Shown here: positions 45,177 to 54,300 of the stretch, one piece after another
How positions within the stretch are numbered: position 1 is the first letter of the stretch
How the letters are laid out: every line of letters starts with the position of its first letter
Assembly (NCBI GenBank): GCA_050250755.1
Contig: JBFWOB010000030.1
Location: 14,322 to 78,321 of the forward strand
Direction of reading: 5' to 3'
DNA: 64,000 nt
From: Hyphomicrobiaceae bacterium
GTDB taxonomy: Bacteria; Pseudomonadota; Alphaproteobacteria; Rhizobiales; Hyphomicrobiaceae
The notes under the pieces: generated by a model
What the model saw: only the letters and a program-made list of their open reading frames with translations
Told to the model about the DNA's origin: nothing
The model's database searches: none
Position numbers and translations under genes: made by a program

Positions 45177-47726
45177 ATGCCGACGCCCGATGAGTTTGGC
45201 GCCCGCGACCGTCAGCACATCCATATTGATGTCCTTCGCGAGCGAGCCGATTACCGCTTTCCTTCCCGCAAGCAGACCAGGAAGCCGCTTCGCGACGACT
45301 ATGCCGCGCACGCCGCGTCCTTGATCGAACAACTGACTCTGGCGTTGGGTGCAGTCCCGCCGCCGGCAGATCGGCTCGCGGTCGACGGCCTGAAATCCGG
45401 CACCATCGTCGAGGTCGCAACCGCGCCGCCCGAACCCGGATCTCGTAAGGCCGCCGTCAAGGTGCCCGCCGCCCTAGAGTTTACGGTGCAGGACATCGTC
45501 ATCCTGCGCGGCGGCCGGCGGGGCGACAAATCCGAGAACGCGCTCGTCTTCGTCCCCGACGACGCGCGCGCATTCCTGACAGGACGCCTCGGCGCTTACG
45601 GCAACGCCAATCTAGGCAACCGGCCTCGCCCCGATGTGGACCGGTTCGAGAGCATCGAGACCGTGAGCAGCGTCGAAGATCGGCGCCTCTTCACGGGAAC
45701 GGTCGCATTCGACGACCCGGAACGACGTTGGTGGGAGCTCTGGGTGCGGGAGCTTGCATCGCCCGAACGGACGATCTCGGCCGGCGTCGCGCGTCTTGCG
45801 CAGGCGCAGGGCTTCGACGTGCACGGCGACCGGCTGCTGTTCCCGGATACGACGGTCATCTTCGTCCACGCGAGCGCGGCGGTGCTTGCCGCATTCGCGG
45901 CTCGCATTCAAGGCGCGATCACGGAAGTGCGGCGCGCGACCGGCACCATCTCGGTCTTTCTGGAGAGGGGCGAAGCCGGCGCCGTTGATCAAGGTGACTG
46001 GGTCGAGAGCCTGACCGCGCGCCTGAGGCCGGCCGCAGCCGATGCACCGGCAGTGTGCACGCTCGATACCGGCGTCGCTGCGGCCCATCCCCTGATCGCT
46101 CCCGGCCTGGCCGGCGCATGGGCCTATGATGCCGCTTGGGGTCCCGACGATCATTATCCCGATGGCGGCCACGGCACGGCGCTGACCGGGCTCGCACTGC
46201 TCGGCGATCTGGCCCCGCTCATGGAGGACGAAAGGCAAGTCGACCTCACGCACACAGTCGAATCGATGAAGCTGCTGCCGCCGGGCGGGTTCCCGCAGAC
46301 GCAGCCCGGCAACTACGGCGTGGTCACGCAAGGCGCCGTCGCCTCGGTCGAGACCGAGCGGCCGGGCGTCCGCCGCGTGTTCTGCATGGCTTGTTCGACC
46401 GTAGACTTCCCGAACGACCGGCCGTCGACATGGAGCGGATCGATCGATCAGATCGCGGCGGGCTCGATGCCGGGCGACAGGAATGCGGCCCTGACGGCCG
46501 CCGCACATCCGAAGCGCATCGTTCTCGTGCCGACCGGCAATGTCGACGGCGGCATGAAGCCGGATGTCGAGCGCTGCCAAGGGATCGAGGACCCGGCGCA
46601 AAGCTGGAATGGGATCACCATCGGCGGCTACACGACCAAGGAGACGTGCAACGACGCGGCGTTCTCGCCCGTCGTCGCAGCCAACAACCGCAGCCCCTTC
46701 AGCCGGGGTTCAAACCTGCAGCCAAATGATCTGACCCCGATCAAGCCCGAGCTGCTGTTCGAGGCGGGGAATATGGCGGCGGACGCAACCGGCTTTTGCG
46801 GGTGGCATTCGGACCTCTCGATGCTGGCGGCGGGGTCGGATGTCGTGAACGATCCTCTGGTGCCGTTCTGGGCGACCAGCGGCGCGTCGGGCGTCGCCGG
46901 TCATTTCTTTGGGTCCCTGCAGGCCGCGATGCCGGAGCGTTGGCCTGAGACCTTGCGCGCGCTTGCCGTCGATTCGGCCCATTGGCCCGAGCCAATTCGC
47001 AAGCGCTTTATCGGTCGCGGCGCACATTGGAAGACGCTCGGGAAGGCACGGCTGCAGGAGCTGTTGCGCGAGGTCGGCTACGGCGTGCCGCGGCTCGACC
47101 GGGCGATGCTGTCCGCGCGGAACGATGTGACCTTGATTGCCGAAGCGGAGATTCAGCCGTTTGCGGTCGGAGCCGACGGGCGCACCGCCGTATTCAACGA
47201 CATGCATTTCTACAAGCTGCCTTGGCCGAAATCGGCCCTGGAGCAACTCGAGAACGAAATCGTGATGATGAAGGTCACGCTCTCCTATTTCATAGAGCCG
47301 AACCTCACCGGGCGCGCCGCGACGCGGCCCGAGACCTATCGTTCGTTCGGTCTGCGCTTCGCCATGAAGAAGCGCGGCGAGACGAGTGGGCGGTTCAGGA
47401 GCCGGATTTCGGCGGCGCTCGAACGCGAGGCGGCCGAGACCGAAGCGGAAAAAAGCTGCTGGCTGTTGGGGCCCAAGGCGATCCAAGCCGGATCGCTGCA
47501 CTGCGATTTGTGGCGGGGCAGGGCGATCGATCTCGCCTTGCACGACGAGATCGCGATCTACCCGGTCGGGGGCTGGTGGAAGTCGCATGCGGGACAGCGT
47601 CGGATGACCGACCGTGCGCGCTATTCACTCGTGATCTCGCTGTCGGCTCCCGGGCATGTGATCGACCTGCATGCCGAAGTCGTCACCCACGTCGATGCGG
47701 CGACGATCGGCGTGGAAGCGACTTAA
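45177..47726 (+). CDS. S8 subtilisin-like serine peptidase with ~280-aa N-terminal domain (IetS-like)
   Basis: Catalytic order D-H-N-S: CTLDTGV (D297), GGHGTAL (H332), FEAGNMA (N532), WATSGASGVAG (S568). Confidence 0.8.
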   Translation: MPTPDEFGARDRQHIHIDVLRERADYRFPSRKQTRKPLRDDYAAHAASLIEQLTLALGAVPPPADRLAVDGLKSGTIVEVATAPPEPGSRKAAVKVPAALEFTVQDIVILRGGRRGDKSENALVFVPDDARAFLTGRLGAYGNANLGNRPRPDVDRFESIETVSSVEDRRLFTGTVAFDDPERRWWELWVRELASPERTISAGVARLAQAQGFDVHGDRLLFPDTTVIFVHASAAVLAAFAARIQGAITEVRRATGTISVFLERGEAGAVDQGDWVESLTARLRPAAADAPAVCTLDTGVAAAHPLIAPGLAGAWAYDAAWGPDDHYPDGGHGTALTGLALLGDLAPLMEDERQVDLTHTVESMKLLPPGGFPQTQPGNYGVVTQGAVASVETERPGVRRVFCMACSTVDFPNDRPSTWSGSIDQIAAGSMPGDRNAALTAAAHPKRIVLVPTGNVDGGMKPDVERCQGIEDPAQSWNGITIGGYTTKETCNDAAFSPVVAANNRSPFSRGSNLQPNDLTPIKPELLFEAGNMAADATGFCGWHSDLSMLAAGSDVVNDPLVPFWATSGASGVAGHFFGSLQAAMPERWPETLRALAVDSAHWPEPIRKRFIGRGAHWKTLGKARLQELLREVGYGVPRLDRAMLSARNDVTLIAEAEIQPFAVGADGRTAVFNDMHFYKLPWPKSALEQLENEIVMMKVTLSYFIEPNLTGRAATRPETYRSFGLRFAMKKRGETSGRFRSRISAALEREAAETEAEKSCWLLGPKAIQAGSLHCDLWRGRAIDLALHDEIAIYPVGGWWKSHAGQRRMTDRARYSLVISLSAPGHVIDLHAEVVTHVDAATIGVEAT

Positions 47727-47752
47727 CTCGACGCAGTAAGCTTGAGAGCAGA

Positions 47753-47787
47753 CATCATCGGCGACGCGCTCAGCGTCGCCGATGATG
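47753..47787. terminator. Perfect 15-bp-stem hairpin between convergent genes
   Basis: CATCATCGGCGACGC-GCTCA-GCGTCGCCGATGATG. No U-tract on either side. Confidence 0.45.
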
Positions 47788-47976
47788 GTGGCCCGGATGT
47801 CGGCTTCTGGGATGGCGCAACTCTGTGCTGCGCACCACGAGAGCATATGCGTTAGGTCACTATGGGGCCCATCGTATCTGCTAGCCGATATCCGCTGCCA
47901 GAGGTCTTGCGAATGCTGCCAGTTCGGGAGAATGAGCATCCTCCATGGCCCTCCATGCGATCGGCATTTTCCATCC

Positions 47977-50900
47977 TCACCGAAAATCCCGCGATCGGAA
48001 TCCCGCGTCGTGCTTCCGGATATCGCGCGGGTCATGGCCTGGGTTCTTGATGTGGTCCGCGCGGGCCAGCGGCGGGTCGATGCCGTTCCGGTCGGCAAGC
48101 GTGTGCAGGTGATGGCTGAGGTCAACCAGGCGCTGCGCGACGACGTGAATGACGATGCCTTCCCGCTGCAGCAACCCTTCCACGCCGAGCAGCCTGGCGC
48201 CCATCACCACTCTACGAAAACGCTCGAACACCTTCGGCCAGACGATGATGTTGGCGATGCCGGTTTCGTCCTCGAGGGTGGCGAAGATCACGCCGCTGGC
48301 GGTTGCAGGGCGTTGCCGCACCAGAACGACGCCCGCCACTTTCAAACGGCGGTTGTTCGGCCGGGTCGCGAGGTCCTTGCACGGGACGAAACCCATGCCC
48401 GCCATGTCACCGCGCAGCAGGGCCATGGGGTGAGCTTTGAGCGACAGGCGCAGGGTTTCGTAGTCGGTGACCACGTGCTCGCCGAGGGTCATTTCCGGAA
48501 GCTGGGCATCCGGCATCTCCAACACTTCGTCCTCGCCGCGATAGGCGAACAGCGGCAGGGGCGGCGCATCGGGCAGGGCTTTGGCTTCCCAAAGCGCTTC
48601 CCGCCGGTCGAGGCCGATGGAGCGGAACGCATCCGCTTCCGCCAGCCTGATGAGGGTGGCCGCGCGCAGCTTGGCACGGCGCCAGAGCTGCCGGAGGTCG
48701 GAATAGCCGTTGCCCCGCGAGGCGAGGAGGCGTTCAGTTTCTGCGCCCGCTAGGCCAGAGACCTGGCGCAGGCCGAGCCGCACGGCGAAACGGGATTGCG
48801 TATCCGGTGCCGGCTCCAGCGTGCAGTCCTGTTCGGAATGGTTCACATCGACGGGGAGGACGTGAACGCCATGGTCGCGGGCGTCGCGCACGATTTGGGA
48901 AGGCGCGTAGAAGCCCATGGGCTGGCTGTTGAGGAGCGCGCAGGCAAACGCGGCCGGATAGTAGTGCTTGAGCCACGCTGATACGTAGGCGAGTTGGGCG
49001 AAGCTGGCGGCATGGCTTTCGGGGAAGCCGTACTCGCCGAACCCTTCGATCTGGTTGAAGCAGCGCTCAGCGAAGTCCGCCTCGTAGCCGTTGCGCGTCA
49101 TGCCGTTGATGAACTTCTCGCGGAAAGTGTGGATGGTGCCGGTATGCCGGAACGTCGCCATGGCACGGCGCAGGCCGTCGGCTTCGTCGGGCGTGAACCC
49201 GGCGGCCACGATAGCGATCTTCATCGCCTGTTCCTGGAAGAGGGGCACCCCCAGTGTTTTGCCCAGCACCTCCTTCAGCGCCGGGGAGGCGTAGGTGACG
49301 GGCTCCTGGCCGCAGCGGCGGCGCAAGTAGGGGTGCACCATGTCGCCCTGGATGGGGCCGGGACGGACAATGGCCACCTCGATGACCAGGTCGTAGAAGC
49401 AGCGCGGCTTGAGGCGCGGCAGCATGGTCATCTGCGCGCGGCTTTCGACCTGGAACACGCCCACCGAATCCGCATTGCACAGCATGTCGTACACGGCGGG
49501 GTCGTCCTGCGGCACGGAGGCGAGACCGTAATCCTCGCCGTAGTGCTGCCGGATGAGGTCGAAGGCCTTGCGGATGCAGGTGAGCATGCCGAGCGCCAGC
49601 ACATCCACCTTCATGAGCCGCGCCGCCTGCAGATCATCCTTATCCCACTCGATAACTGTCCGTTCGGCCATGGCCGCGTTTTCGATGGGAACCAGTTCAG
49701 ACAATGGTCCGCGCGTGATGACGAAGCCGCCCACGTGCTGCGACAGGTGGCGCGGAAAACCCACCAGTTCGCGCGCCAGCGAGAGCACCATGGCAAGGCG
49801 GGGATCGTCCGGGTTCAGGCCGCCTTCACGCGCCTGGCTGTCCGTGGTGACCGCGCCGTGCGACCCCCAGATGCCTTTGGCCAGGCCACCAACGACATCC
49901 TCCGACAGCCCCATCGCCTTGCCGACATCGCGCACGGCGGACCTGCCCCGGTAGCTGATGACGGTGGCAGCCAGCCCGGCGCGGTCGCGGCCGTACTTAT
50001 CGTAGATGTATTGGATCACCTCCTCGCGGCGCTCGTGCTCGAAATCCACGTCGATGTCCGGGGGTTCGTTGCGTGCCGCCGAGATGAACCGCTCGAAAAG
50101 CAGGTCGTGATGGGCGGGATCGACGGAGGTGACGCCGAGGCAATAGCACACGGCGCTATTGGCGGCCGAGCCCCGGCCCTGGCAGAGGATGCCCCTCCGG
50201 CGGGCAAAGCGCACGATGTCGTGCACGGTGAGGAAATAGGGCGCGTAATTCAGTTCCGCGATGAGCGCCAGTTCGTGTTGGATGGCGGCCTGCACCTTCT
50301 CCGGCATGCCCTCGGGATAGCGCTCGCGCACGCCGATGCGGGTGAGGTGCTCCAGTTCCTGCTGGGGTGTGCGGCCCTCCGTGGTCACTTCGATGGGGTA
50401 TTCATAACGCAGCTCGTCGAGGCTGAACCGGCAGCGTTCCGCGATGTCCACGGTGCGCGCTACGGCCTCCGGATGATCCGCAAACAGCGCCGCCATCTGT
50501 TCGGGCGCTTTCAGATGGGCTTCCGCGTTCGGTGAGAGGCGGTATCCCGCCTGGTCGATGGTGCAATGCTCGCGGACGCAGGTGACCACATCGTGCAGCA
50601 GCTTCCGGCGGGGGTGATGGTAGTGCACGTCGTTGGTGGCGACCCATGGGGTTCCGCATCTGTTGGCAAGCTCCGCCAGCTGCGCCAGTTGCGCCTTGTC
50701 GTTGCCGCGAAAGCGGTGCGCGCCTGCGAGGTAGGCGCGGCCGGGGAACGCTTCGGCAAGCCGCGCGAGAATGGCCGCCAAGCCATCGGCGCCGTTCGGC
50801 GCTGCCGGATTGCGGGCAAGCCCGTGGTCGCCGGGTAGGGCAAGGACGATCTGCCCTTCGGCGTATGCCAGCACGTCATCGAGGTTCAGCCAACACTCCC

Positions 50901-51219
50901 CCTTGGGTGCGCGGCGGCGGCCGATGGTGATGATCCGGGACAGGCGGCCGTAGGCTTGGCGGTCGGTGGGATAGATCAGCAGGCTCGGCGCATCCTGCAA
51001 ATCAAGCCGCGCGCCGACCACGAAGCGAATGCCTGCCTCCTTCGCGGCAGCGTGAGCACGCACGATGCCTGCCAGCGTGTTGCGGTCGGTGATGGCGAAC
51101 GCCTTGAGGCCGAGAGCAGCCGCCGTCACTGCCAGTTCCTGCGGATGCGAGGCGCCGCGCAGGAAGCTAAAATTGCTGGTGATTTGCAGTTCGGCGTAGG
51201 CTGGAATCACACGCGGCAC
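47977..51219 (-). CDS. dnaE2: Error-prone DNA polymerase III alpha-like subunit
   Basis: 1080 aa. N-terminus YAELQITSNFSFLRGASHPQEL (PHP domain) and C-terminal ...SRDFR are typical of DnaE2/ImuC rather than DnaE1. GTG start. Confidence 0.9.
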   Translation of the reverse strand: MPRVIPAYAELQITSNFSFLRGASHPQELAVTAAALGLKAFAITDRNTLAGIVRAHAAAKEAGIRFVVGARLDLQDAPSLLIYPTDRQAYGRLSRIITIGRRRAPKGECWLNLDDVLAYAEGQIVLALPGDHGLARNPAAPNGADGLAAILARLAEAFPGRAYLAGAHRFRGNDKAQLAQLAELANRCGTPWVATNDVHYHHPRRKLLHDVVTCVREHCTIDQAGYRLSPNAEAHLKAPEQMAALFADHPEAVARTVDIAERCRFSLDELRYEYPIEVTTEGRTPQQELEHLTRIGVRERYPEGMPEKVQAAIQHELALIAELNYAPYFLTVHDIVRFARRRGILCQGRGSAANSAVCYCLGVTSVDPAHHDLLFERFISAARNEPPDIDVDFEHERREEVIQYIYDKYGRDRAGLAATVISYRGRSAVRDVGKAMGLSEDVVGGLAKGIWGSHGAVTTDSQAREGGLNPDDPRLAMVLSLARELVGFPRHLSQHVGGFVITRGPLSELVPIENAAMAERTVIEWDKDDLQAARLMKVDVLALGMLTCIRKAFDLIRQHYGEDYGLASVPQDDPAVYDMLCNADSVGVFQVESRAQMTMLPRLKPRCFYDLVIEVAIVRPGPIQGDMVHPYLRRRCGQEPVTYASPALKEVLGKTLGVPLFQEQAMKIAIVAAGFTPDEADGLRRAMATFRHTGTIHTFREKFINGMTRNGYEADFAERCFNQIEGFGEYGFPESHAASFAQLAYVSAWLKHYYPAAFACALLNSQPMGFYAPSQIVRDARDHGVHVLPVDVNHSEQDCTLEPAPDTQSRFAVRLGLRQVSGLAGAETERLLASRGNGYSDLRQLWRRAKLRAATLIRLAEADAFRSIGLDRREALWEAKALPDAPPLPLFAYRGEDEVLEMPDAQLPEMTLGEHVVTDYETLRLSLKAHPMALLRGDMAGMGFVPCKDLATRPNNRRLKVAGVVLVRQRPATASGVIFATLEDETGIANIIVWPKVFERFRRVVMGARLLGVEGLLQREGIVIHVVAQRLVDLSHHLHTLADRNGIDPPLARADHIKNPGHDPRDIRKHDAGFRSRDFR

Positions 51220-51257
51220 GGCCCGTCACCCTGATTTTGCGGACCGGCGCTTGATAG

Positions 51258-51272
51258 GAACAAACATGGAAC
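51258..51272. promoter_or_regulatory. Alphaproteobacterial-type LexA (SOS) box
   Basis: GAAC-AAACATG-GAAC (GTTC-N7-GTTC on the coding strand), about 40 nt upstream of the dnaE2 start. Confidence 0.6.
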
Positions 51273-51340
51273 ATTGTCAAGCCGAAGCGCAGCCCGATAT
51301 GGCCCTATCAAAGGGCAGGGAGAGCAGAACGCTGGCTACT

Positions 51341-54300
51341 TCATTGCTTTGCTTGCCGCGCCAGTATCATAAGCCGGTCAAAGGGCGTGGTTCGTTCCAG
51401 ACCCGGTTGTGCCTGCTTGATCTGTTCGAGAACTCTGAGCAGGTCACCAAGTGGATGGCGAGGCGTTTTGGGCACAATTGCATCCAGTAACTGCAGTGTT
51501 TCCCTGGGGAATAAGGAGGGCAATTTGGATTTTCCAAGTTTTCGACAAAGGTAATGGAGATGCTCAATCGGACACAGCAAAGGTTCAGCCATCCTGAAGG
51601 CAGCGGGAAACTGGTCGTCTGCCGCGATGGCGAGATTGGCAAGCGCCTCAGATAGCGGTGCGGAGGTAATGCGGATTTCTTTCGGCCATGTTCCACGCCA
51701 AAAAGGCGCGATGCGATTGGTCCAATAGTCCGCTTTTTTATCCGCGGCAGCGCCGATGGCGTTGGCCAAAGTTCTGGTGACCTCGATAAGCCCTTTCTCT
51801 GGAAAGACTGAAAGTGCTTCTGCTATGTTAGGAAAGGTATAGCCCTCGATGAGGTCCAGGCCGGCGTAAGTCAAGAGCTGGGCATAGATTCGCGCCGCCT
51901 GCGGATCGAGCTCAGCGTAATGTCGAGCCGTCTCAAGAAACGCGGGCTTTATAGCGATCATAAGTGGTTTATAGAGACGCGCTGACCAGAGAAAGCCCTC
52001 CCAGGCTGGTTTAGCGCGATCAGAGTGCGTCCAGCCAAATAGTAGCAGCAGGTGGTCATGAGTCCAGTCTGGATCCGCGCGAAACAGGGACACGGCCTGA
52101 GCGGCAGCAATGACGATACCGAATAGAAATGGCCGACCGTTGGCGGAAAGGACCCTTTCGAGGATGGCGCGAATATCTGCGGGCAGACCTTGGCCGTCCT
52201 TTGGATTTCCGGCCAGCCAATAATTGAGGATGGCCTGAGTTATGTGGCCCACCGGATGATTGATGGCGGCATCCACATAGCGCGTCGTTTCATTATCCGG
52301 ATGACGACTTGCCAACACGTGCTCACAGAGTGAAAAAAAGATGCGTTGATGCGGGTGAACTGACCGCGCCGCACCTTCAAGCCAACATGATATGGCCGCG
52401 GCACAGTGGCTTCGGACATCGTTGGGCATACGGTCGATGATGGGCGCGAAGTAATACCAGGTGCGCCGCGGCAAGCGCTTTTCGGACCAGCTGTAGAATG
52501 CCGCGCGCCAGCGGTCCTTGAGCCAGACTCCTCTGTCCGCCAGATCGGCAAGGGCGCATCCGGCCTGCAAAGGATGCTTGCGGCAGGTCTCGGGCCAAGT
52601 GTCGTCGTAAAGGATGGATGTCTTTTCCGGGCGTTCCTTCATCAGCCACCCGACGAGTTCCCGCCGCTTCGTGGGAGCAAAATCAATTTGGCGTTGATCT
52701 TCAAAGTCAGGATCGCCGGTCCCGCTCATCCAAGAGATGAATTCATTGCGTTCGTGTTCGCGCACCTGCTGCCATCCGCCGAACCCGGCCGGGGGTGTGG
52801 CAAGCAGGGCCAGCGACGCGGCGCCGAGGGGTGCTTCATCACTCATAAGCTTGCAAAGCCGCAGGTATTTTCCGCGATTGACGATTCCCCTCCATTCCGC
52901 TGCTGACAGATCTCGGCGATACATCCACCGCGGAGGCCCTTTGTGAATTGCGATCTCCAGCCCGGTGCGCAGTTGCTGGGAGAGAGCTGGTCCCTGCTGG
53001 ACGAACAAGCGCAACACCTCGCGATGGGTATCCACACTCCAAAGCCACCAGCCGTCATCAGCAATCAAATGGTCGACCCATTCAGCCGAAGGGATACCGC
53101 CGTAGCTCGCCGCAAAGAGCGCGAGACGCGTGAAAGTAGGATAGGGAACGCTGAGCCAGTGCGTGGCTACGGCCGCGGCGCGGTCACCGTCGGCTTTTTG
53201 CACGGCAAGCCATGCATCGCGCACCAGTTCAATCAATATCACCCAGTCTTGGAAGCCCCTGTTTTGCCAATGTGGTTCGATGGAGGGGAGGTTCCAGCGG
53301 GAATCATCGAACTGCGGCGAAGCGGCGCCGACATCCCGGGCAATGTCCAGGGCATCTTTCAGGAGCGTCTCGAATTCGGTGAGCAGCGCGGGGAGTGCGG
53401 CTGACCATTCCTCGGTCGAGCGCAATTCATCAAGAGCGCTGCCGGCGTGGTCACACGCGAGCACCAGTTTACAGGCGACATCGGCCTTCAGTTGATCTCT
53501 GTCGGAAGAGTTAGCAGGAAGCTCCGCATGTGGACCACGCCGCGCTCTGGAGATGGAGATTCTTGGGGCAAGAATATCGCGAAGTTGCAACCGCATGCCG
53601 GTGGTCAAGCCCGTCCGCTTGAGTTGTTTGCTCCAGGTGAAGAAATCGGCATCGAAGCGTGGCGACCTGACCCTTCCTTCAAGCAAATGGCGCCACAGCG
53701 TGCGCATTTGCGCGGTGGGAATGGAGCGAGGAGATTCATTCTGAAGTGCGGTCAGTTCGTGCGTGTTGCCCGCATGCTCAAGATCATCGATGCGATCGAG
53801 TGCGCGTCCGATATCCCAAGCAAAGGCATCGTGAAGGACGGCGCCGCTTTCAACGGCCCAAAGAAGCAAGGAAGGATCACCCAGGTACCTCAGAAGCCAG
53901 CGGGCGAGATGAGACATGACGTGGTCCCATCTGCTCTGGCGGTGTTGATGGGTAACGACTGTCATCCATGGTGCATGAGTATGAGGTGCGGGACGCGCCA
54001 ACAGGCTGTAGCTCAGCGTTTCGTCCTCGGGCGGCGGAGCCGGTATGCCGAACCTGGACAGATCGCGGTGACCGAAATCCTGCTTCGAGAAGGCGCCAAG
54101 CCAGTCCAATGGCGGCGGTGGTGAAAGGTCCGCAAATCGCATCGCGGGCAATCCGGATTGATGAGTCAGCGCCCAAATCATGCGTCCGACAAAGTCATCC
54201 TCGCGGGTGCTAAGGCTGGGGCGGGCGGAGGCGTGCTTGACAACGATGGCCTCCTTGCCGCTGACGCCATCGATATAAGTTTTGGCCCATTCCTGCAGGG

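Noticed and set aside
45612-46601. 329-aa minus-strand ORF inside the S8 peptidase gene (also 46710-47588)
   Set aside because: It is antisense to the subtilase catalytic core and is an Arg/Gly/Asp-rich artefact.
48994-50535. 513-aa plus-strand ORF inside dnaE2 (also 47782-48753)
   Set aside because: It is antisense to a full-length, motif-rich dnaE2. Its composition is Arg/Ala/Gly/His-rich with no motifs.
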